Shown here: positions 12,364-25,150 of the stretch, one piece after another
How the letters are laid out: each line of letters opens with the position of its first letter
Numbering within the stretch: the first letter of the stretch is position 1
Source of the DNA: Octopus sinensis
Lineage: Eukaryota
DNA: 64,000 bases
Direction of reading: 5' to 3'
NCBI RefSeq assembly: GCF_006345805.1
Contig: NC_042998.1
Coordinates: 139,562,001-139,626,000 of the forward strand
Notes under the pieces: model-generated
The model's input: the letters and a program-made list of their open reading frames with translations, nothing else
Database searches by the model: none
What the model was told of the DNA's origin: nothing
Program-made: the position numbers and the translations under genes

Positions 12364-12689
12364 ATATTAATTATACACGTATATATATATACAAGTTTGT
12401 TTACACGTGTGTATACACGCATACATTTGTGAGCTGTACACGTTATGGATTTAAGTTGAAACTGAGATCAGGAGACGGGCAGAGAAAACTGAAAGTAAAC
12501 CGTCAGAAGATAATGGTCATTTACTAGTGTAATTTACCCAAGAAAATCAATGAACATTCAAACTTGCGCCATAGAGGTTCATTCTCACCGATGCAAATTA
12601 GCATCGTAATATATATTGTATAAGCACGTGCGCGTTGCCCACACTTACATACCCAACCACACACACACTTTCGTATTCTATAATATATC

Positions 12690-12724
<35 letters not shown>

Positions 12725-12752
12725 AATATATATATATATGTGTTATATAGAT

Positions 12753-12787
12753 ATGCTGCCGTTGATTAACTCTAAGAGGACATCGCT

Positions 12788-12820
<33 letters not shown>

Positions 12821-12859
12821 TATAAGCGATGTCCTCTTAGAGCTAATCAACGGCAGCAT
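12753..12859. repeat. Inverted repeat with (TA)n centre
   Basis: atgctgccgttgattaactctaagaggacatcgct-(TA)n-agcgatgtcctcttagagctaatcaacggcagcat; one mismatch. Confidence 0.92.
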
Positions 12860-13269
12860 TCGTCCTATTTTTCTGGACTTCCATGTTAGCTTAGCGATAA
12901 CTATTGATATATATATATATATTCATACGTATGCACATATGTTGCGAAATGCGACCTCCTGACACTACCACAACTCCAACAGCCAAGTCAGCAGCTGGGA
13001 AACCGCAGGCCAGCCTATCAAACCAACTTGCTTAGAGTGGAAGAAGTAATCTTTCCCTGCTTGGTGTCTTGCGTAATGTGGTTTTTCGTCGCCCGGGTTC
13101 ACTTCGACAGGTCACACCCCATCTTTTCCCCGATTGTCTTCGTTGCCAACTTCACACTGTCTGTAGTCCGTGGTCGCCTAACTTCACACTAACTGTTCAC
13201 ATAGACAACTGCTCACATCACCAACTCTCACCATGTGTTCACTAACTAGTTTATAGAGTCCACCTCACA

Positions 13270-14090
13270 ATAAAAAACACGCAAAAAGAAAACGTGCAGT
13301 ATGCTTTAAATCAGTCACGTGATCAGGATCTAAGTAGAATCAAAGCTCATAATTTTGTACAAAAAGTCCATTAGATAATCGATAAACAACCCAGAAAGTT
13401 AATCAGAGGTATTGCAAAGAACGTCAAGGTGTCAGAATACACAATCAGAAAAGTTGTGCATGAGCACTTTCAATACAAGTTGTATGCAATGCGGAGGAAT
13501 CTGTTTATGTCCGATGTGACGAGAGAGAATCGCTTGATCCGTGCCAAGCGCTTGCTAAATAAGTCAAAACACCAATGCTTTCGTTTTACTCCGATGAGAA
13601 AAAATTCGATCAAAAAGTAAACCGAAGGAATGACCGATGATTATGCAGAGTTTTATTAATGAGGCGCCAACGGTCATGCATACTACGTTTCCGGCAACTG
13701 TGATGGTTCTGAGAGTGGTTAGCAACGAGAGAGATATCTCGTTGCTGGCCACTCTCAGAATCATCCTCACTTTTTTCACAGTCAATGTAACCGTCTACAC
13801 AGAGTCGTTGGATAGACAGAGTACGCATCGGAAGACCGTAAGTCCTCCAGCAAGACACCTGATCTGGTAGCTCACCAGACCTCAGTCCACTGGACTATTA
13901 CGTATGCGGTGTAGTTGGGAGAGTGGTCAATCAATATCCCCATAACACCATACAATCTCTCAAGTCCGCCATAATCAGCACTATGTCTAATACTGAGAAA
14001 GATAATTCGATTCGGGATATCGACGCTTCCAACTCCGTATTGAAGAAAACTCCGTATTGATATTAACGGTGGACTTATTTCATATGCGTG
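13270..14090 (+). mobile_element. Tc1/mariner transposase relic, DD37D (maT)-like, internally deleted
   Basis: IRGIAKNVKVSEYTIRKVVHE, FYSDEK, QQD and SPDLSPLDYY. Collinear with the 18.7-19.95 kb element. Confidence 0.7.
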
Positions 14091-14365
14091 ATAAAAGGAT
14101 TTTCAAGATTATTTGTACCAATTTGTTTTCAAATTCAGCTTTTCCAAACTCATACAAATGACCTTAAAAATGTATGTACCCTGTACATGCATGCATACAT
14201 ACATACATACATACATACATACATACATGCATATACATGCACACATTTATATGTATAATTATATATATATATATATTATACACACACACAACACACATAT
14301 ATGGATATAAATATATATATATAATACATAAATACATACATACATACACACACACGCATATATAT

Positions 14366-14411
<46 letters not shown>

Positions 14412-14536
14412 AATATATATATATAAAATATATAATTAATCAATATAGGGTGGCAAAAAAAATTTTGTAGAATCTTTTTGCCACCAGCGGCCTAGTGGGA
14501 AAAATTAAATAGTCATAGACCATTTTTAAGTTCAAC

Positions 14537-15219
14537 ATCAACAATCAAGGAACGGCCATGATAGGCCATTCACCCACTAGAAATAAACAGCCAAGCTTCA
14601 ACCGCAAATAAAGATTAATTCCGTAAAACAGGAGAAAATTTAAAAAACATTTACCCTGTAATTTCTTGTACGATGCACCGTTTCATCTGCTGTTTAATGG
14701 TAAACTAACCTGATTAAATTAAATCAAGCCAATCTTCCATAGGCCCTCAGATTCTTCAGCAAGAAATAGCCAAGTCGGAACAGATATTTTCACGAGGCAT
14801 TCCGACCCTGCAAGGTAATATGACCTAAAATTTCAAATCGTCGCACTCGCGCCAAATTTATCGGCAGCAAATAAATATTTATTTGCTGCCGATAAATTTG
14901 GCGCGAGTGCGACGATTTGAAAATTTTAGGTCAGATATTACCTTGGCAGGGTCGGAAATGCCTCGTGAAAATATCTGTTCCGACTTGGCTATTTCTTGCT
15001 GAAGAATCTGAGGGCCTATGAAGATTGGCTTGATTTAATTAATCAGGTTAGTTTACCATTAAACAGCAGATGATGAAACGGGCATCGTACAAGAAATTAC
15101 AGGGTAAAGTTTTTAAATTTTCTCCTGTTTACGAATTAATCTTTATTTGCGGTTGAAGCTTTGGCTGTTATTTCTAGTGGTGAATGAATGGCCTATCATG
15201 GCCGTTCCTGATTGTTGAT
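14537..15219. repeat. 683-bp spacerless palindrome
   Basis: Centre aaataaat|atttattt between 14876 and 14877; ~340-bp arms that differ by small indels. Confidence 0.95.
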
Positions 15220-15387
15220 ATATATAAATATATATATACACATATAAAATTTAAATAATGAGGGTAATAAATTGAATATTAAGTTAATTAACATCAATTA
15301 AAACAAGTAGCCTAGCATATAGAAAAATCTGAAAATTCAGAAAAATTGTAATACATGCGTATAATAAGGTCATTCCTTATTATACGC

Positions 15388-15441
<54 letters not shown>

Positions 15442-15847
15442 TGTAATATTGGCAAAATATATCAATAACCTACTTTACAATATTTTACATAGTGCAAGTA
15501 TTAATCATTAATTGGTGAAAAACTCAAATGCGCTAGGTAGAGTTCTTTTGGGACTTCTGTATTAGAAAATGCTTGCACATATTTTAAAATCTTTATGTTC
15601 TTTACAGCTATTTCATTACGATGCTGGTATATATGTATGTATGATTTTTTCCTTTGAGTTTAATTTAAGCTCTTGATGGAGTTCAAGCCAGTTGCTAACA
15701 AAGTGGCAAGTCTTTTTAAGTTAAGAGGGTTCCCTGTGTTTGTAAATATGTGGTTGAGTTAGCGTTTTGGTTGAACTGTTGATGCATACACCCAAATGTG
15801 TACATCTATTCACATAAGGATCTCCGATGGAGAATTTTTGGAATGTC

Positions 15848-16705
15848 ATACATACATATATACATACATACATACATACATACATACATACATACATGCA
15901 TGCATGCATGCATGCATGCATACATACATACATACATACATACATACATACATACATGCATGCATACATACATACATACATACATACATACATAAATGCA
16001 TGCATGCTTGCATACATACATACATACATACATACATACATGCATGCATGCATGCTTGCATACATACATACATACATACATGCATACATACATACATACA
16101 TGCATGCTTATATACATAGATACATACATACATACACACACAATGAGATTAGATTTGGAGAATCTGCGTCAGTTTCTTTTGCTCTTTCTCCGTGAAACTG
16201 AATATTTCTCTTTTTTGCAAATGTATGTATGTATGTATATATGTATGTATGTATGTATGTATGCATGTATGTTTGTATGTATGTATGTATGTATGTATGT
16301 ATGTATGTATGTATGTGAGTGTGTGTGTATGTATGTATGTATCTATGTATATAAGCATGCATGTATGTATGTATGCATGCATGCATGCATGTATGTATGT
16401 ATGTATGTATGTATGTATGCAAGCATGCATGCATGTATGTATGTATGTATGCATGCATGTATGTATGTATGTATGTATGTATGTATGTATGCAAGCATGC
16501 ATGCATGTATGTATGTATGTATGTATGTATGCAAGCATGCATGCATGTATGTATGTATGTATGTATGTATGTATGCATGCATGCATGCATGTATGTATGT
16601 ATGTATGTATGTATGTATGTATGTAGGTATGCATGCATGCATGCATGCATGTATGTATGTATGTATATATGTATGTATGTATGTACGTATGTATGCATGT
16701 ATGTA
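15848..16705. repeat. Compound (TACA/TGCA)n and (TATG/TGCA)n arrays in inverted orientation around a unique spacer
   Basis: Read directly; variant motifs are mirrored (catgcttgcatac versus gtatgcaagcatg). Confidence 0.9.
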
Positions 16706-17191
16706 TTTAAAAAGAGACCGACAGAACAAGTACTAGAATTTATAAAAAATTAGTACTGGGATCGATTCATTCGACAGGAATTCTTCAAGGTGGTGCCCTA
16801 GTATGCCTAATAAAAGATAAAAGACATATCAAGTAATTTATGTCTTAAACGGTCGTCCTTCTGTAGTCCATGTGTATCAGCTTTCACAAAACTGTTTACA
16901 GCAGACGATACATCCCCAAACTGACACAACAACTACCACCGCTATCACTCCTACTACAATTACCACCACCATCCCCATTACCATCTCCAATCCACCTCCC
17001 ACCGATTGCTGGAGAGGAAAGGAATGACTTGTTCCTTTCCGAACGGTGATAAATAACATAGTTTGTTGATTAATAAATTCCAATGAAAAGGTTATTGCAA
17101 TTTGATTGATTTTTGCTGTAATAGCCATCATTGCTACTACCAACATGGCGGACAGTAGAGTGTGAGCCCTTGACGATGTACACTACACATT

Positions 17192-17270
<79 letters not shown>

Positions 17271-17755
17271 GACCAGGAGACCTAACTGCCAAATAAGAAC
17301 GCAGGTCGGTGTAGCGAGGCGCAGATGGTAGTGGGTACGGTGGCCGATGCCAACTAAATATGTCTAATGAATTAAACATTTTCTACAGTGTTCTCTGACT
17401 GCGGGACAGACATTTAACTCAGAGACATTTAACGGAGAAAGCGGTCAGTCTAAAAGTTTGCGTTGCTTCTAAACAATAAAAGTGAAAAGAAAAAGAGGAG
17501 AAAAAATCGATGTTTCAAACACTGCCTTGTCTGTCTAGCTCTTATTTTTCTTTGCCCCACATCATACTCTCTTCTTTCGTGTATTGATAAAGATGAATCT
17601 CTGCAGATATATATATATATATATATTATATAAACTTCAAATTCACTGTCAATCGTTTCCTTGTAAAATTAATGAATAAGTACTCTACTAAAGAGTATTG
17701 AAAAATCCTTCAGTTTATTGTTAAATAAAGACAAATACAGGCGTGTGTGTGTGTG

Positions 17756-17791
<36 letters not shown>

Positions 17792-17930
17792 GTGTGTGTG
17801 TTTGCGTTTGTGCATTTATGTATGTATATTTGTACATATAGTGATGCCTGTTTTTATGTTCAGTTATGATGAAAACAATTTTACATTAATCTGATGGGTT
17901 ACTCTATACTTTTCTGGAGAACAACATTAT

Positions 17931-18057
17931 TATTCTTTTACCAGAATGTTGTTGACGGTAACTTCAACGTTTCGACTACCTAAACCATCATCGTACTGCT
18001 GATAATGGCTTAGCTGGTCGAAACTTCGAAGTCACTGTCAAAAAAGTCTTGTATAAG

Positions 18058-18060
<3 letters not shown>
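17931..18060. mobile_element. Penelope-like terminal relic, family 2, head-to-head inverted pair with hammerhead-like cores
   Basis: Plus copy ctgataatggcttagctggtcgaaacttcgaagtcactgtc..aagaataat; minus copy cagtacgatgatggtttaggtagtcgaaacgttgaagttaccgtc..aagaataat. Confidence 0.55.
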
Positions 18061-18097
<37 letters not shown>

Positions 18098-18189
18098 GCA
18101 GATCTATGTGATATGTGTATATTCATGTGTGCGTGTGTGTGTGTATATATATATATATACATATACACACATACATACATAATACCTAC

Positions 18190-18222
<33 letters not shown>

Positions 18223-18759
18223 GCATATATACGTGCGTAAATATATGCATGTATATAGGTGTATATATACGTGTATATAATGCACACACGTGTGTACGCG
18301 CGTATTACATATATTACATATATATGGCTATGTATATGTACACAACTGTACAATATACATATATGTCTCTCTCCCTCTCTCCCTTTCTCCCTCTCTCTCT
18401 CCGCATGCGCACACACACTCACATACACGTACACGCACACACACAAACGTATGCATTCATATGTGCGTGGATGTGTTTATGTGCGTAGTGTGATTCGATT
18501 TCTCCAATTTGTTTCAGCCATTACTGTTAAGGCAAACTTGGCAGAACGCCATTTTATATGTATACATACATTCATATCTACATATGTATACAATCGCACA
18601 CGTATAAATACACACACACTCACATATACCAGAATAAGCATATAAACACAAAACCAAGAGGAAAAAAATAGTATTCGAATACCGGAGGTAGAGTAATATG
18701 CTTTATTAAAAGTCAGCAAAAATATCACAGAATCTCTTACTCAAAGTTTCACGTAATTT

Positions 18760-20072
<1,313 letters not shown>

Positions 20073-20447
20073 ATCGGTCCATATATCTGTGTGTGTACGT
20101 GTTTGTGTGTGTGTGTGTGTGTGGACATATCTGACCGCTAAATCTACAGGTTCTTTTCATTCTGTCTCTGTTTATTTTCTCTTTCTCATTTCTGTTAAAG
20201 AGCGTAGGCTCGAAACGTAAACGACTTCTTCATTTTCTCGAGCGTCAAACTAATAATTCAATTTAATTGAATTCTATGTCTTTGTGCAGCTGAAGATTGC
20301 TCTACATTTTAAATTGATGTAATGATTGCATTTTTCAATTAACTGGAGTTGCATGAAACGATCGTACTGCATTACATCTAGATGTCCTTGATGCTTATTT
20401 TGATATATATATATATATATACACACATACACACACATACACACAGA

Positions 20448-20830
20448 GGTGCAGGAGTGGCCGTGTGGTAAGAAGTTTGCTTCCCAACCACATGTTTCCG
20501 AGATCAGTCCCACTGCGTGTCACCTTCTATTATAACCTCAGGCCGACCAAAGCCTTGTGAGTAGATTTGGTAGACGGAAACTTAAAAAGCCCGTCGTATG
20601 TATGCATTTGTTATTTGTGTTTGTGCTAGTCCCCCTCACCATCACTTCACAACCGATGTCGGTGTGTTTAAGTCTCCGTCACCTAGTGGTTCGGCAAAAA
20701 GAGACCGATAGAATAACTACTAGCCTTACAAAGAATAAGTTCTGTTGTCGATTGTTCGACCAAGAGTGGTGCTCCAGCATGGCCGCAGTAAATAGTCAAA
20801 TGATGACTGAAACACATGAAAGAATAAATG
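20448..20830 (+). mobile_element. SINE family A copy
   Basis: Aligns by eye with 10533-10997; short internal tract. Confidence 0.85.
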
Positions 20831-20850
20831 AATATATACACATATGTATA

Positions 20851-20911
<61 letters not shown>

Positions 20912-21021
20912 TATATACATTTTCATAGAATTAATGGATTAAAATTTTATGAAGTTAACTTTCTGGGTAACGGATTAACGATTAACAAAGTTAACTTTTC
21001 GAATAATGGTGCAGCTCTCCT

Positions 21022-21086
<65 letters not shown>

Positions 21087-21170
21087 AATTGGTGAAATTG
21101 ATTAATAACTAATTAATTTTACCCTCAATTATTGATATATATATATATATATAATATATATATATATATG

Positions 21171-22001
21171 CAGAGGTCGGCACCGTTATTCGAAAAGTTA
21201 ACTTAGTTAATCGTTAATCCGTTAATTCTTTGAAAATGTAACGCAAGTTAACGTTGATCCGTTAGCGTTAACCTTTATTGAAAAAAGGTATACAGTTTAA
21301 TACGCCACCGACTTTGTTGCCTCGTAACTCCCAGAAAAATAGACACTTTTTAACGAAACTTTAACCAAATAATCGCTTATATCCTGTAGATTGAGTGTGT
21401 GCAAAGATTTGTTGAAAAAAAATTTTCCGCGGGGTCGGGGAGGGAAGTTTCGGAAAGTTTCACAGGACCCGATATTTCCCCACTCGTAACTTTCTGGAAA
21501 ATAGGTATTTTTTAATGAAGTTTTATACAAATACCTTTCAAACGGTGTAGATTACGATTACAAAGAAATTTGTAGGCAAAATTTTTAGAGGAGTTTCTGT
21601 AAAACGGTGTTTCGGATCAGACTGCCCACATAAGTTGGAATTTCTCCGTTTTAACAGGGACTTTTTCCAATGCTTTTCACCAAAATGTTCAGAATGATGG
21701 GAGGCATCTTTTCACGAAAAGAAAAGAGAAAAAATATTTGAACATTTTTTTCACTCCTGCTACCCCTCACCAACTCGATTTGGGCCATTTTTTTTACTAC
21801 GCACTTAAAATCCGCGAGAAAAGCAATTTCTGTTTTAAAAAAATTAATGTTCTTTCTAGCACATCCCAAAACATCCTTCCTCATTTCTTTCTCACTCACA
21901 CATCTATTGATATTTTTCAATATTTTTCTCGCCATGAACAAATTTTATGGAATGATCATGTCAAAGTAACACAAATGTAGTCTCAACCGAGCGAAGCCGT
22001 G

Positions 22002-22047
<46 letters not shown>

Positions 22048-23300
22048 AACCCCCCCCCACCTAAAAGCATCTTTAGTGTTCATATTAATCTGTCAAATGT
22101 AATGCTTATTTGTTTACGTTATTTTGAATTATTCAGGTTCAAGAGGGGTGTCCACAATATTTGCTTGTAACTTTGTAAATCTTTTACATACTGATTTAAA
22201 ATTTTGTCAGTGGGTACCTTATATACCACTGGTATATAGTTATGTAATTTTGGCTGATCTTGCTGAGTAAATTTGACTTTTATGGGCGGGCAAAAGCAAT
22301 GTAAAAGGTGTAAAAACAATGACATTATGGATAAACACTAAAATTAAAACTTTTAATGTTTCTTACCTGTTTGATGCATTGCTAAAATTATTCCAGATGG
22401 CAATCAACAAAAATTTCGCCACTTTTCAAGATGAGGTACATTAATTTGAATTAATTAAAATACAGGTATAATCGGTACAAGATTTTATTCTTTCGGTAAA
22501 TACTTCGTACCTCGGTGTGAAATAAAATTTTTCCACAATTTTTTTTGTGCATTCGACGTGATTGACCTCCAAACCCACCGCAAGCCCCTTTTTTTCCGGA
22601 AAAGGAAGGTGGGAGGGGTGGTGGGGACCTCGAAGTTTCCCACTAAGGGAGTTTTGTTTCGCTGGTCTTTTTTTCTTTTCCAGGTTATTTTGCATGTTTT
22701 CAACGAATATGACATGGAAATCACGCGTAAATGGCTCCTTTTTCAAGAAAAAGACAGATTTGGCTGCTATTTCTAACATGCCCAGCTACCACATAACAGC
22801 TATTTGCGTTCACATGGAAATATTTACCAACTTCTTTCCTTCCATTTATTTTTTCCACTTTATGGAAGTCAATATTTTCTCTGTTGACATCCCTAGCGAG
22901 GTCACGGATCAAGTGGAAACACATCAACCACTGTTCCCTCTTAACAGAACAAAGAAAATTTCCGCTGTCTTTGCAAGCAACAAGCGGGTGAATTTGGTTT
23001 CAAATCCAGGCAGGGCCAAACGAGGTCCTACAAATTATTTATTATAATAAGTGGGGTTATATCGGGGTTGAAAGAATGACGCGTACAATATTAAATATGC
23101 TAAGACAATATGAAAACAATAGAAACTTTTAAACGTTTATCGTTTTTTTTGAAATTTTTGGGTTAACGGATGCTAAATGTAACGGAAGTTAATTATTCTG
23201 ATAATGATTTTCAAAGTTAACCTAAAAGTTGAATCGTCAACGAAAATGTTAACTTCGTTAATTAACGATTAATGGATTAACGGACTTACGCCCAGTTCTG
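21171..23300. mobile_element. Non-autonomous hAT-like element (~2.1 kb)
   Basis: Ends CAGAGGTCGGCA and (reverse complement) CAGAACTGGGCG. Subterminal GTTAAC/TTAACG clusters at both ends. Flanks tatatatg/tatataag are 7/8 identical, consistent with an 8-bp TSD. Confidence 0.5.
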
Positions 23301-23359
23301 TATATAAGTATATGTATATGCATGTGTGCGTGTTTGTGTGTGAGTGTGTGTGTGTATAT

Positions 23360-23560
23360 ATTTTTGTCCCCCCACTACCACACCGCTTGACAACCGGTGT
23401 TGGTGTGTTTGCGTCCTCGTAACATAGCAGTTCGGCAAAAGAGACTGATTCAATAATTACAAATTTAGCAAAGAAATTAAGTACTGGTGTCGATCCCTTC
23501 GGTTCAAAATTCTTGAAGGCGATACCTCTGCAAAGCCCAAATAAAAAGATAAAGAGATGA
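23360..23560 (+). mobile_element. SINE family A 3' half
   Basis: cgcttgacaaccggtgttggtgtgttt..cagttcggcaaaagagac. Confidence 0.7.
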
Positions 23561-24089
23561 TATATATATATAATATAATATATATATATATATATATATA
23601 CGCACACATATATATGTATATATATATCCATATATACATATGCGCACATCCATCCATCCATCATCCATCCATCCATACATACATACATCATCCATCCATC
23701 CATACATACGTACGTACATACATACATACATACATACATACATACATACATACATACTTACATACATACGTATGTACGTACGTACGAACGCATGCACACA
23801 CAGTTGTCTATATCATGTTGAAAGATCTAAAGACACTGATAAAATGGTGTTGCTGAAAGAACAATGCATTGTACAATATAAAATATCTAACAAAGTATAT
23901 AATCCAGCAACAATATATATAAAAGTACGAATATCAAACTTATAATATTCAACACTTGGTATGATAACCATTTGTAACCAATAAAGCAGCACCTGGACGC
24001 GCCTGGTATTTATTTGTTTTAGTTTTTTGTAAGTAATCTCTGGTCATTTACTGTCCAATCTTGTAGCTTCTCTTTCAAACAGGAGATCG

Positions 24090-24860
24090 ATGAAGCAGTA
24101 TTTTTAACTGTAGTCTTGTGTTGATTGTTTTTTTATATATATATATAATCCTATGTGTTTTCTTTAATGTTTTCTCTGTTAGAGTCAGAGATCATCGTGG
24201 CATTTTACCAAGTAATATAATATTAATTTAATTCCAACCTAGGTACGATTCTAAATTGCATCCGATAGTGGGGTCCTAGTTCGGGAGTTCCAGGGTTTTG
24301 AGAAGTGTGGACCCATTTCTTAGTCATTATTGTTCCCAAGTCTACTCTGATCCGGTGTAGTAGTACCTGTTAGTAGTATCTGCCAGCTATGGAAATTATC
24401 TCCGGAAGAAGGTCACTCACACACACCACAAGGGACTTGGGGCAAATGAGGCCCTTCAGCTTCGACGAAGCAGCATTTTAAACTGTAGTTTTGTGTTGAT
24501 TGTTTAAAATACAACACCATGTATTTTCTTTAGTGTTCAAACATAGAGATTATCCTGGCCGTTTTTCCAGTAAAATGATATCATAAACTCAATGTCAACC
24601 TGTGTATGACTTCAAACTACATCCAATAGTAGGGTTCTGGTTTAGGAGTTCCAGGGTTTTTCAGAGTGTGTAACAACCTCTAAGCCATTATTGTTTCCAA
24701 GTCTACTCTGAACCGGAATTGCAGTATCTGTCAGGCTCCCAGCTGTGGGTAAATTAGTATGTCATGGAATTGTTTCCGGAAGAAGTCACTCACATGCATC
24801 CCAACAGAAGTCACTCACACGCACCTGGGGAAATGAGGCCCTTCAGCTTTTCATCTAACT
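24090..24860. repeat. Diverged tandem duplication (~375-bp units) of an interspersed repeat
   Basis: gaagcag..aactgtagt..ggagttccagggtttt..ccaagtctactctga..aaatgaggcccttcagctt occurs twice (about 24092 and 24467); related sequence at 54340-54520. Confidence 0.8.
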
Positions 24861-24974
24861 CATCTAAGAGGAGGTACCGCCATACTCATCCTCATCCTGA
24901 TAAATCCTGGGTTGTGGCATTTGTTGCACCAGATCAATACAAGTTTGAAGGACGAGAGAGTGGGACTAGCTTAA

Positions 24975-25150
24975 TATTGGTCTCAAATTTTGGGACAAGG
25001 CCAGCATATTTGGATTACATCGACCTCAGTTGTCAGCTGGTACTTAATTTATCGACCTCGAGAGGATAAGGGGCAAAGTCAACCTCGGCGGAATTTGAAC
25101 TTAAATCGTAAAATGAACAAAATGTCACTAAGTATTTACCCGGTGTCATG
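24975..25150 (-). mobile_element. SINE family C copy
   Basis: Matches 42326-42540. Confidence 0.75.

Noticed and set aside
15721-16753. Long overlapping ORFs up to 246 aa
   Set aside because: Entirely TACA/TGCA microsatellite.
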